Below are positions 28,501-42,400 of a stretch of DNA of 64,000 nucleotides, in pieces. Both the position numbers and the translations under genes were made by a program. This stretch comes from Trichoplax sp. H2 (lineage: Eukaryota): assembly GCA_003344405.1 (NCBI GenBank), contig NOWV01000152.1, forward strand, positions 1 to 64,000, given 5' to 3'. Each line of letters begins with the position of its first letter. The first letter of the stretch is position 1. The notes under the pieces are model-generated. The model was not told where the DNA came from and searched no databases. It saw only the letters and a program-made list of their open reading frames with translations.

Positions 28501-31500
28501 TTGGGATAAGACTTAACGCCGCAAGTTGTATGCGAAAAGTTGCATTTCGACCTATTAAGGCGAACACATCATTTAAATTGTATACAAAATATCGTTGTTT
28601 TCAAAGGGATGAAATTTAAATTTCAGATTATGCTAAACTTACTTGCTGAGGTTGCAGTAAGAAATTGTGTACCGGCGTTCGATGACTGTGCGGTACAGAT
28701 CACATATGCATCTCCTAAGTCTTGACTTGAAACAGTATAGCTTATCTAATGGTAACAATGACAGAGTAATTGAAATAAGTATTATATAAATGGCTTTCAT
28801 TATAAATTGGGGACGAATATTAATTGAAGATAGTTTAACATACGCTAGCTATTCGAATTCCTATAGCAACATTCTGCTGGACAAAGGTAACTTGCGCAGT
28901 ATTACTACTAACAGTGTTGCATGTGATAACGACAGGATTATCAGCCACACTTCCACTGTAATATGAGAAAAATTGAATAATTAGCCTTTCTCTTTCTATC
29001 GGGAGCCGAGATATGTTTATGAGAATTTCAGGATACCTCAAGTCAATCCTTGCAGTGCCAGCTCCAGTTACCGGTACGACCACAACATCTGAGCAAAAAT
29101 CAGCTCTGGCAGCTTTTACCACGCGTATTGATCTGATGTACCGACAAAGTAGAAGAAAATTTAAGAATTGAAGTACTAATTATTCTCAATGCAAGGTTGG
29201 TTTACCCAGTCAATCCCACAGAAGTGTTGCTTAGGAACTGGGTGCCTCCAATCGATTGAGCTGAGCAAGTGATGGTTGCTGCTTGACCAGGCGATGATAT
29301 ACTGTATGGTAAAACAAGATTTGTGATAAAATTAAAATAGGACTTATAGATCACCATCAAAGATTTTAATTTAAATCTCTCATCGATTGCATTTATATTT
29401 ATTGACATATAGTAAGTAACTAAATCAATGAGGTATTACACAAAACTTAATAAATATTATAATTATATACCACATTACATTTATAAAATTATATGATTAC
29501 GTGTTTAATTAATACTTGTCATTCTTGGTATACTTCAGTAGTATAATCGTAATTTCGATTATGTGATAATTCAACATTAATTAAGTATATCACATTACAA
29601 GATTACCATCGTTACACGTTAAACTATACCCAAAATAATCCTTACTGATTATTTGTACGGTAGTAGATGTATTATTTCTACGATACGTGGTTTTATCCAA
29701 AATATGCTAACTTACGTTGTATAAATATGGATCTAACTACACATATTCGTTTATAATATAATTTATAATCATTTTATATCATAATCCGAAATATAGTTAG
29801 TGTCCATTATAATGGTAAACAGCTCATGTACACATAACGAGTCGTTTTTTAATCCATAGAGAAGTAAGAACCGAAGTATTCAATTTCTATATGCAGTAGT
29901 TTTGTATTTTTACATCAACTTTGGCTACGTGTACAATTTTCTGCCTTCAATGCTAGTTAAGAGTAGTGCAAACCTTCAGTGCAGTGCTAGTATTAGCTTA
30001 ACAGTTAAACCTAACAGATATTAAAATGGTAACATTGCAACATTTAAAGTAACATTACCTGTAGGAAAGACTGCCAGAGTTACTACCTGGTGGGATCAGG
30101 ATCGTACCGAATACTAAATTTGTTATATCAGAAGCTGCATTTGAAACTCTACACGTTACGGATACCTACAGTAGATAAAGTTAACCTTAAGTTCTTAATA
30201 GCAGGCATATAAATTAACAGCCACATAATATAAAGCATTTAAATTTCTGCGTTAGACTAGCTGAGAACGATAATACCGGCTAACAGCGTATTTAACCGAA
30301 ATTGAATTGCTGACATAAATTTCGTTGCATCTCACGTTCAGTTGTTTATAATACACTAAAGTCATTACACTTTAAATATGATCTGAAACGATGACTTACA
30401 TTGTTCGCTATCACATTTTCACTTAATTGAACTGCAACGTTACCAGTTCTCTGATTTTCCTGCTGTGTTATAGTGGCTCTGTTAACGATATTCACTACGG
30501 CTTGATCTATTGAGATATATCAATGGATTTCGTGACATATAATAAAATTATTCTTTTCAAGTAGATAATAAAGTTAGAGATGGGTAAAACAAATTATTAA
30601 ACGAAAGAGCCGTAGGGAATACGGAATAGTAAAGTTTTTTGGTCTATAACATAGTGTTTATACATATACGCTCGCATACATATAATAAATTACGACAGCA
30701 AGTAATTTTTGCTTTGTTTGCGGTATATTATTGATTGATAAAGTCAAGTGCATAAGCTATCATAAGTAGATTAAATCTTCTAAGTAAGTATTATAGAATG
30801 AATATAGACCTTTTTATTTTAATACTTACTTTTTTGGCACATATAGCTCGCCAATTGCGTACAACTTTCATCGAACCATGACCATTGAGGGTCGGCAGTA
30901 ACGCAACGTTGATTAGTATTACTTGGCTGTCCGCTGGCCCAATTAGTATAAATAGTTAATGATGCCCCATCAGTCCAGCGATAATCAGCTAAATTATTGG
31001 CACCATTTTGATCACGGAGACCAATCCAAAAACTAGTAGTAATATTGACGAAAGTATCTTGTAATATATTGACAACAGTGCCACTTGTAATAACTATTAG
31101 ATCGCCATTCAATTGTCTGCAACTTGTTCTTGCTGCTTCCCAGCTAAGTTGTTGATCAAAATGACGATAACATTTATTTTCAACATCGGCCCAACCATTG
31201 TTCGTATCGCAGCTATCCACTAGAGATGGTTGGATACAATAATGATAGGATGTAAGGGTATTCATATTTAGGAATATTATCATCAGCATCATGACTTTAT
31301 GGAATAAATAAATTCATTCACATACTTCTAGAAAACAATTTGACTCTTACATGATTGCGTCAATTCTGTTGTTAGTCAATATAAAGTAAACTACTATACC
31401 TTCACGATCAATCTAATGCATTGCAATCATTGCTGGGGTACGTGTAAGAAAATGCTCTACTACTACTATACAGTCCTTAAATCATAAAGCAAAAGCAATC

Positions 31501-32146
31501 AGAAGTAGGTTTTGATGGACTGTGCTCTATGTTTATTTATTTACTTTTTATTGAGATGGCATACGTAAGTAGAAATTGATGTATACGCGTACATCCTATA
31601 CAGTTTTGATAATGCGCTAGGTGGTAGTATTTTAGCGGATCAATTGTCAATAGAACTTAGTATTCCATTTAAAAAAAATCACTTTTCCAACTTTGATTCA
31701 TTATTATGATAACGGTACATATATGTAGTCTTATTGAGTAATATGTAGTTATTTTCGAAATGTATTGCAAATCAACTACAAGCTTGCATCCAGCCAAGGT
31801 AGGATGCAATACGGGCGCAAAAAGGAGTGAAATGATAAAAATTCACATTGCTACTCGTATTTCAGTAAGGCTATACTCGATGATGGTGGACTACTAGCCC
31901 TTGCAATGACTGCTTTAACTCCTTATCTAAGTAAAGTTTACCCTCGATAGTACTATTCCATTGGATGATTATTAACGACTTTAGTACAGAACATGAAAAT
32001 TCCAGATCGATGAAGGACTAATTGTTAAGGTATTCCGCTAGAGTAGAGTATACTGCATTAACAATGCTATCTTTACCTTGATGAATATTAGAAATGAAGA
32101 GTAATACACCAACGAAACTGCATAATAATTTGCTTTTACTGGACAT
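25516..32146 (-). CDS. TCTN2: Tectonic-2-like ciliary transition-zone protein with signal peptide, N-terminal C-type lectin domain, three beta-sandwich repeats, tectonic domain and C-terminal TM
   Basis: Tectonic Cys motif CPCNLQVNFCDPNCCCDSDC, LMCVAVDNNPLLGFFY, CNNVV, SGNPGY and C-terminal CCSDILYPF...TM...KPW. The CTL exon has CY, WEAARTSC, FWIGL and WFDESC. The upstream exon phases join without frameshift. Confidence 0.82.
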
Positions 32147-33197
32147 GACTTGCTAGGCAAACAGTCGTTTGGATTTTTGATTTCTAATAGCGCCACATTG
32201 GCTCCCTGTCAGCTTGAGCGAGTTGATGAATTAATTAATCAATTTTGATGGATTTGGAGCTCTGGGCGTCATGGAGATGAGAGATAATAGCTTCCTCCTC
32301 ATGCTACAGTACATTGTACCGTGGTCATCGAGTACAGTACTGTAGTAACATGGAGTGGTGTCATGGCCGACTAAGATTTGGTAGTCCACTACATACAGTA
32401 ATATTATTCACGGTCAATATGGTTAACAGTATCCCCAAATCATCGACCATAAAACTATGTTACATGAAGTAAATACGAATATGTTGATGTATTTTCTGAT
32501 CAAAACTTTTAAAAACTGTCTACGCAAGAATAGTGAAGGCATACAACAACGCAGATCATACGATTTTTTCCCGGTGTTAGACGACTTAATTGCAACTTCA
32601 CGGACATATTTACTAAAGTTTACCCCAACTGTCTATGCAAGAATAGTGAAGGCATACAACAAGAATTTCTATATACTTGGCCATCTAAAAATCTGAAGAA
32701 TAGTAAACATAGCGTACAACAACAAGTGATACTGTCGGCAAGGATTGACTATAACAGTACTAGTACACTGGTAGAAAAGGCTTTTTGGAAAAATCAATAC
32801 AAGATTTTATACTGAAGCTGCTAATATAATGTTCCAATAGAAAAATTCTCTTGCAAAAAGCTCAACATAAGCCATGAATTATAACTATAATTACAGGTCA
32901 TAACCTAGCCTGAAGGTTTACTGTAAATTACTGTACTGTCTGTATGTCTCTACCAAGGCTCCAAGCCATCATATTGTTGATGGAATGCATGGATTACTAG
33001 AAATTTTTACCCTCAAATTTCTGATCAACTGGGAGAATCCATGGAGATTTTTCTATACTGCATCTGTATGATGAGGCTACAGTATGTATTGTACAGTACT
33101 GTACTGTAGTACTGTAGAGTTTGAACTGTAGCTCTTGTTCTACCGTACTGTACTGGTCTAGGGTGCAAACGGATACGCATGCGTCCTAATTTGAACC

Positions 33198-36100
33198 ATG
33201 GCGACCGGGCAAATTGAAAATATTGAGGTAGCAAGCAGAAGAATAATTAGAAATAATATCGGTTATGTCTTAATATTACATAGATATCATTGCATAACTG
33301 ACGTACAAAGTTGTCTTCGATCGGATCATTGTAATTATATTATAGCTAACATTGTTGAACTATCGAAGAAAATTAGCATTATTGAAGAAGGTTGTAAAGA
33401 AACGTCAGAATTAGATCCACGTTTCTCTTGATCGTTGCATTTTGAGCAGTTGTTATATTGCAGTGGGTTAGCATTCCATTCAACATCGATTTGACTTAGT
33501 AGAAAGTTTTGCATCAATTTAGTGCTGATAGTAAGCTTTCTGAAGGAAGATCGACGCTGTAATCGATCAGTACAGTACAGTAGTTTTATTCTTTCTTTAT
33601 CAATGTTTCTACGCGTATAGTGCAGTTTATAGCGATCTATTTGCAAGTGCTGCAATCATTGATTCAGCTGGAGAACGATATGGTAACGTATCTATCATCT
33701 CTATTTACATATCCACATTAATGGAATGGTAGTTTGAAGAAACATCAAAACATTATATTTTTTCCATCATTTCTGCACATTGTAAAGGATAGGCCACAAA
33801 AATCGAATCACGATATAAGATATACAGTAGTAAGCAGATGATAGTGGTTCTGCTATAAACTTGGACACATATTATAAGCATAATTTACAGTGTAATATTT
33901 TATGTTCTTGTTGTACATGTGCTGTCATAATTATTAGAAAGTTTTGCATCAATTTAGCACTGATAGTAGGCTTTCTGAAGCAAGATTGACGCTGTAATCG
34001 ATCAGTACGGTATAGTAGTTGTATTCGTTCTGTATCAATGTCTCTATGCGTATAGTGCAGTGTATAGCGATCTATTTGCAAGTGCTGCAATCATTGATTC
34101 AGCTGGAGAACGATATGGTAACGTATCTATCATCTCTAGTTACCTGTCGACATTAATGAAATGGTAGTTTGAAGAAACATGAAGCAATATATTTTTTCCA
34201 TCATTTCTGCACATTGTAAAGGATAGGCCCCAAAAATCGAATCACGATATAAGATATTCAGTAGTAAGCAGATGATGGTGGCTCTGCTATAAACTTGGAC
34301 ACATATTATAAGACATAATTTACAGTGTATTATTTATGTTCTTGTTGTGCATGTGCTGTCATAATTTACTGTAAAGTTAAAGCAACTGCATGCCATTATT
34401 CTAATAATAATTTAGACTGTGCTAATTGAGAGACTAAGTTCGGTATTTTACTTCGCCTGTAAACTAAGTAGTCACCCTTCATTACTTTTTCTTCAAATCT
34501 TGAAATGCTCCACGTCTAAAATTATAAACGAAAAAGATTGTATTGAATATATTTAGTATAGTTATGTGATAAGAAATTGTACGTAAGACTGATTCAAAGA
34601 TGTTTTTTTGTAGGTAACATGATCGATGTAAATAGTATGCAACAATTTAACCTCATTCATTGACGAATATTAATATGGCTGTGATTGCGAAGAATAGATG
34701 CAATTATAGAAAATCTTTCATTCTAAATATTCATTCAAGTAGTGCCTTATTTCTATTCATTTTTTGGTAGGTACGCTACAGCTCTATATGTCAGAAACCA
34801 TTACGAGAAAGATGCCAGGAATTGACGACTTTAACAACAGAATATCATATTAGAGTATGTATTCGAGATCATTTCTCACTGTAAATGAGATTATACTTAT
34901 TGGAAGTAGTAAATCCGACGTAAGAAATGACTTTATGGTGGTCATTACCGTAGGCCGATACTGTAGATGCTTATTACAGTCTACACTTGTATAGAAAAAT
35001 TTAACCCCTTTCTACGTTTCGCATGTGCTGCACAGTTAGATACTTTAAGTTGTTAAAAATTATGTAATAACTTTGAGAGAATTCTTTTCGCTGTTTGCAA
35101 GCTACATTGCTTTATTATTTCATTTAGGAATTACAACATATCTTTCCACAATTGGTACGGGATATCTTCGGCTGTGGAAAAAATCATGATTGGGGTATTT
35201 TTTCTTCTCATCGTGTACACGATCGATGGGATACCGATACATTAGAAAACTTTCTGTCCCCTTACGATGGTGGCATTTTTGGTATGATTAACAAATTAGA
35301 AAGAGAAGAAATACGATTTGATTATCCTCTAAAGAACATACCTGTAAGTTATAAAATATCGATAAAGATTTTATTTTGCAATGTTGTATTTATTATACCA
35401 TCATTCACTTATAACACTATACCCAATGAATACATAGATGGTGTCCCGAAATCAGCTACAGCAAGGAATTAAATCAATGTTTTACGCTAAACGAGTCAAG
35501 ATACAAACTTATCATAACAATTGTGAAATGATTATAGGTCTTTCCTTATGTATCCTATTTTTTTGCTATTCGTACAATCTTATAGTAGGTATTCATTTAT
35601 AGTAATAAGCTTGCAACAAATTAGAGTGTCTCTTGTAATGTCTTTAATACCTAAAACCTTGATTTAAAATTAATAATTGAGGAGTCTACAGACTATGTAT
35701 ATTCAAAAGATTTTCCTGCAACATCTTTCTCTGATTCATTCCTTAACGGATCTTATAATTAGCTGCTTTCGACTACTATTTCTTTCATTTTGCATCTTCA
35801 TTGCTAACGGCTCCAGAACTAATGTCAGGGGTAAATTAAACTGTCTTAATATCTTTTCAAGAAATATCTGTTTAATAATCTTGCGGTAACTGAAGTAAAA
35901 CCTTACGTCAAAATGCATTATACTCAATAGATCATCTTAATTTATTTTATATAGCTAGCACTAACTACGAATATGAACGAATCAGACGATTTGTATTGTA
36001 AATTAGTAGAGAAGTATTTAAATTACTTTTTGCCCGCCGATGGATCACCAATTAAGTCGACTGCCTTGGGTATGAACAAGTCTATCGCTACATCTCCAAC

Positions 36101-38837
36101 CAAAATTATCACGAATAGGTATCTACGCTTATTATATTATGAAAGTACTACGAAATACAGTACTCGTAACTCAGTTGTTCTCAGGCGGTGTCAGTAGGAA
36201 GTGCGATTTGAATACTAATTAACTACACTAGGTTTCATGGTAGTCGCTTACTCAAGCCTACTATGACAGTAATGGAAGAATCATTTACCGGCTGTAGCAA
36301 TTCAATGAAAGACGCAGTAGAAAGATCTGATGCCTTAGTTCAGGTATTTTATTGTCTTTGTTTATTAAATATCCTTGCACTGTTGCTACTTTGTTAAGAG
36401 TAATACTTCTGTAGTGATTCTGCTGCATTGTTATGATAATTAATGGTATCTAAAATCTGTTATCCATCACGTAATAGATATTTGCTGAAATTTGGCTAAA
36501 TTGCAATAATGAACAGGAAATTACCCAACAGAATTCTTCTAATATTTCCTCTTCATTTCGAGTAATTTACCTAGAATAAAATATTATATTTTTAATGCTG
36601 TAAATCTAATAGAACTACTTACATCTTCGACGGTGTTCTTTAGTAAGTCACACATCTAATCCAGTCTATAATTAATTATTAAAATAGATGCAGCAAAATG
36701 CCAGCACTGTGCCGTCCTACGATCATGTACGAATTGTTCGGCGCTTTATAAAACATATGCATTACTTTTGCAACTGCAGTAAAGGAAAGGTAGCCAGTGA
36801 TGTCATCAATTATTCTCTTAATAGTACATTTTCTGCTACTGAGAGTTTAAGAAGGTACGTGTACTTTGGCTGGACATTTATAAAATCGTCTACAAATGAA
36901 TCCACATAATTAGGATATACTGCTAAACGAATTACGTTATGTTTTTGTTGACTAGAATTGCAATCCCTGAGTATATAGCGAAGAAGCTGTTTGGATTTCT
37001 TCAGTTTTCATTTGACCACTGGCCAATGGATTCTAGTTTTCGTGTGGTTAGCTTTACGTTCAGATCTTTACTAATCTACGTAAATTGATTGGGCATCGTT
37101 TAAATTTAATTCGACTTATTTTTTAAAAGGTTTTGGAGACATGGTTAAGCTATTTACAGCCATGGAGATATCTTGATATTAATGAAAAGCCACTGCCAAG
37201 TAGTATGAGTGATGCAGCAGATATTAGAAAATGGTATAACAGTTCTGAAATATAGTTATTATACGTCGGATAGTAAACAATGTCCTTAGCTAAAGATTGC
37301 TTTATATTTTAGGAAAGAGTTCGTTTTCAACAACATAGGCGTATATTCCATTTTATTTCATAAATATCTCCTTCGGGCTCTAAGATCTGATTTAACAAGT
37401 ACAAGGGAAGCACATCTGTTGATGAGAGTGTCCAAAGTCATGAACCAACCTGGATTAATGAATATTATCGACGAAGGTTAAACTTTAACATATTTATATT
37501 TCATACATATTGAATTATATTATTAACGGATGAAGCAAAAATAATCTCTGTAGGTGAAGCACTTCTGTTATCTGATAATGGTAGAATGATGGAATCTTAC
37601 ACTAACAATGAACAGCAGGCATTGACAAATATGCAAAAACATCTTGATAGTCTATCTATAATTTACCAGCCGATTTTAGAACCAAATATGAGAGACATGG
37701 TATAGTGCAACGAATATATTGATTTAAAGTACCAATTTTAGTCTACTGCACCATAGCTAGTAGATCACAAGCGGGAAGAAATAGAGAATTCGATTATTGA
37801 TGAATGCCTTCTTTCTATGCTATTAGATCAAAAAGCTGTTAAAGATCATTATTGAAGCGACTCGAAAACTTAAAATGACTTCTGAAAAAGCTCAAAAGGC
37901 TGGTTTTATAAATTCCGTAGTTTCCTATTTTAGCGCAGAATTTGAAACAGAACAGGAGAAAGATGCTACTAAGACCATACAATATCTTGAACAGGCCCGA
38001 TATTGTATTACAGAAATGTATCAAGTGAGTTTATTTTAGATTTTATAGTAGTAATAGTTTGATAATAGCTATATGGCTAAGAGTATTATAATTTTTGTTT
38101 CATATTATTAGATATCCCAATCCGAGGAAAATACAATATTAGCAAATGTTGAGAGCCAAATGCCTGGTAATACTCGTACTAATTTACCTGACCATACTAT
38201 CACCGGGTCTGGACTCACCTTAACACCCTTAGGCAGATATCAAGTACGTCTAATTTCCTTTAAATTGAAAAAGTAACTGTTCTTAATTACGAGCTGGGAT
38301 ATCAAATTTTAGGTTATGAATGGACTTAGAAAGTTTGACCGCTTGCCTGCTCGAGTTAGCCTTGCTAACAGACCTATACGACGTTCCTCTGAAAACGCAT
38401 TCCTAGCCCGCTTTTTTTACAATTTAGCAGTCTACATTAATATCTACGTAAGCTTGTAGGGCTGTAAATATCTCATTTGTCTTACTATGTATTTACTTGA
38501 CTAGTTTATAATATCTAATTTTGATAAAATTATTTACTATCCTAAACCGTAGGTAATGGGCAAAGCTCCTACTGACGATCCTGGCATGATTGCAGTGTTC
38601 TTACGATATTTTGCCTCTTACAGTTTTATCTGCTTGACGTCTTTAATATGCATATTTATGTTTTGTTCATCGATATTTCGTATATCTGTTATAATTGCTG
38701 CGGTCGAAAGTGTAACTAGTAACTTCATAATAATATTTTTTTTGATTCTATCACTATGGACATTTAAAAGTTTAGCTATAGTAGGATATCAACAATTTCA
38801 TGGTAATAACAGAAGGAAAAGAACCAGCGTAAGATAG
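33198..38837 (+). CDS. SMPD4: Sphingomyelin phosphodiesterase 4 (neutral sphingomyelinase 3), multi-exon
   Basis: Peptides [74 protein letters not shown] and LRYFASY, followed by a C-terminal TM. The first exon (33198-33227) is less certain. Confidence 0.9.
33500..34366. repeat. Tandem duplication of ~435 bp (33500-33934 and 33935-34366) within the inferred first SMPD4 intron
   Basis: Both copies start tagaaagttttgcatcaattt and end gctgtcataatt, and are highly similar throughout. Confidence 0.92.
35550..35762 (+). other. U12-type (minor spliceosome) GT-AG intron in SMPD4
   Basis: Donor GTATCCTA, branch site TTCCTTAAC at 35739-35747 about 15 nt before the AG. Removal restores GLSLS-AFDYYFF in frame. 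Confidence 0.85.
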
Positions 38838-39401
38838 CAATATAGTTTTAAACTTAGCAGTGTAATGCTGTATCACATCAGTAATGTAGTATAAATAATC
38901 CCTATACGTAACTTATTGATACCACTAAAATCGATGATGGAATTGTTGCTATTTTATGAAACGTTTTTGTTAAATTCAGTTAACATTAATTATGAACATA
39001 GCCAGGTGATGGAGTTCATGCAAGGCTCAAATTGATAACTACACCAGGCAATATACCATTAAGATCAAGCTGTTACATGATATCTACTGCATGTTAACCA
39101 ATTCATATAGTTCGATTTTACTGGTATATTGCCAAATCAAATATTATAAGTATCAATGGGCTACGCTAAAATGTGATAAAAATGTGCGTATATACTTTAA
39201 ATTTATTGAGATTAAAATACATTTAACAGACTGCGTATAATAAATTGCTTTTGCAAGTTGGACTTCGAGAAAGGGAATTTACGGGTAGAACTAGTCGCAC
39301 GATCTAATCTATGCCTAGATGTTGATAGGACATGCTTCTAACATTCTAAAGCTATTCAATGTCATAGTATACAATGGACTACATAAATTAATTTTACATT
39401 A

Positions 39402-42400
39402 CTATTTCGTTAACATTTTACGAAAGTCATCATTGCTCAGTTTGCTGCTAGAATTATTACTGGATTCAGAAGTAGTACTATCATTCTTTTTTACTGATCT
39501 TGGGACCATAAAAGACAGGCCAGTTCGACCACGTCCACGACTACGTAACAAAACAATTTACATTTATATTATTCTATAGCAAATCATCCAGGATGATGAG
39601 TAATAAAAAGCAACTATGCAATGTAATTATCAGTATATTTACCTAGTAACTGTAGGCACGTCCGAAGTCGATCGATTTTTGCTCTCGTTACGTTCTCTAA
39701 TTTCAGGCTTGCGATTCTTCTCAAATTCTGATGTTTCCTTAGCATCAGGATTTGATATTGCTACCGATATCGTTACACCATCAATTTCAGTGTTATCTAA
39801 CGTCTTGACTGCGTTAGCTGCTGAAGCCTATGCAATATCAATTTGCAGGTATCTATCACTTGCTTATCTAAAATATGTTTAGCTTCGCTGTATGTACCGA
39901 GTATTCAGCCAACTATACAGAATTAAAAATTAACGTCTAGATGTTTTCGCTACCTCATTGGAAAATTCGATATAAGCGAAACCTCTTGACCTTCCCGATT
40001 TTCTAGCAACACATCTAATGTCTCGTAAACCTTCAAACTGGAATATTAAAATTATACAGTTAAATAAATGATTGTGATTAACTTGTTACTGTATCACCTT
40101 TTCAGCGAAGAGTTCGTAAAAACGCCCAATGACTCACCTGATTGAATACCTCTCGAAGTCTATCAGATGAGATATCTTTAGTATTTTTAACAAATAGTGT
40201 ACATCGATCCATTCCAGATCCAAACTGTTAAGGAAGCGTGGTAAGATTGCCGTTAAAAATTCGCAACGTATTCTTGAAAATATATAGATTTAGGCATGTT
40301 GATGTAAAAGAATCCCTGTCGTACCTTAAATTCAGTAGGGTGCTTCGATTTGTCTACATTTTCAGAAACATACACAGGTCGGCCAGCTATAGTATTCCTA
40401 TCAAGTTTCAAAGCTTCTTGTGTCACCAACTGAAGGAAATACATCACACAGAATTAGTTAAATATGAAATCTATTACTGCAATAAGATAACAATCAAGAT
40501 TTAAAAGTGATTAGGATATGATTTCTAAATCGGCTATACCTCATCTTCAAACTCTACGTAACCGTAACCTTTAAATTTTCCGTTAGGTGCTCGTACTAGG
40601 CGAACATCTTTCACGTTGCCACACTACAGATAGTAGATACGAAATTCAGATGTCATAAGTATTTAACTATATAACATTTCGTAACTTTAATACCAAGTAA
40701 GATCTACCGTTGAAAAAAAACTTCTAATGTCGTCTTCCACTGCACTGAAGGGAACATTACTGATAAATACAGAGGTTTTCTCGTTGTACCTATGATAAAA
40801 CAAGTTAGCATTATACTATCACGACTATACGACATATTTTTAAATAATAATATTAAATAACATTGCTCATACTAATTAATAAAATAGTACCTTTCCCTTT
40901 CTCTACTCGGGTTATTTAGACTGCCATCAGCTAGTTCAAAAATAAGATAGTTATACCGTAAGTGATCTAAACTAATGTGTTAAGGGAATTCAATAGAGTT
41001 TACAGCTGTTGCATACTTCTACTTTTTTTCGTAATTCCTGATTCCTTACGACTATCGAAATCAAATTTTCGTTTCTCTCTAGAGGGAGCCTATATAACAT
41101 AAAATTATTATCTATATAGTAACAATACTTTAACGTTGTAGCTACGTGAAGAAAACAAAGACATCCGTAATCACATCTGCATCTATTTGATTTCTTTCTG
41201 CAACCGTCTGAGCCAACTTTCGATTGATTCGATCTTGCATTTTAGACCTTTCTTTTTCTTCCTTTCTTTTCTTCTTTTCTTCTGCCTCCTTTTCGACAGC
41301 CTTTGATTCATTTAATAATTAGTTGGACATGACGATATATAGACCGATTATTATTACCTTAACTATTACCTTAGCTCGCTTTTGAGATATTACTTGAAGT
41401 TGATCTTGGCACTTTGCATTCGCAATGTCCCAATCTGACAATTGTCCTAATATAAAAACGGTTCAGATGATCTATCAATTTAAGAAACAGCGAAGCACAT
41501 TTGCCAAGAAATCATAAACAAATTACCTTCTTCTCTTTCAAAATCAAGCCAAGCTTGGCATATTCCTTCAGGGTCGTCATTAACTGCTCGGATTGCACGG
41601 GAGAATAATTTTTGACAGTTTTGAATATCACCGTATGCCCTATTATATTATATTTACAAGGAAGCTACTATTAGTTAGACGAATAATTTAGCAAAAGTAA
41701 ACCTATAATAACATCAGTTATGCATTTCAACCTTTCGAGTTCAATGTATTCAATCCAGTATGACGCTTGTCTTTTATGACCAATATTTAATAATTCTTCA
41801 CGTAATTGACGACATTTTTCAATATTATTGAAATGTCGAGCCTGTTCAACGAAAAGTTGTACTACTTTTTAAGTTCTTGCGTCAATATAATTACTCGAAG
41901 TGCAAGTTTAGTTTAACAGCAAGCTAACCTCAATTTTAGCCCAATATTTTTGTAAATAATCAATAGACTCTACAGTTTCGTATCTATTATCTGTGTGGGT
42001 TAGACATACGTATGTCGTTAGCTAGTTGCATAAATTCAGTGTAACCGTCAGTGAATAATATGAAAAGGTAACTTACATATATGGTTCAATGCAGCCTGAA
42101 AAGTATCTCTTAAAAGCGTTATTTCCTCACTGTCTTCTAAAATACGTATAATTATTGTAAGATAATGATCAGAGACAAATAAAAATTTTACGTCCTAAAT
42201 AAAACTGAGTATTATTAGTTACCTCCACCAGGTTTGATATTTCTTCGCAAACGATCAATATATATAAGCCATAACGATAAATCATTTTCCATACTACCGA
42301 GATTGCAGTTAAGAGCTGTTGTTACCGTATCTAAATAATTCATATAAGGAAATACCAATGAAAATAAATAGTTAACAAATATTTACTGGAAAGTTACTAT

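Noticed and set aside
28956-29036. GTATCCTG donor in a TCTN2 intron as a second U12 intron
   Set aside because: No CCTTAAC branch site. It has a U2-like CTAAT branch and a pyrimidine tract. The 81-nt intron is in frame and stop-free, but nothing shows it is retained.
40226-40240. TTCCTTAAC on the minus strand in SART3
   Set aside because: It abuts the acceptor AG directly and the donor (GTACGA) is U2-type.
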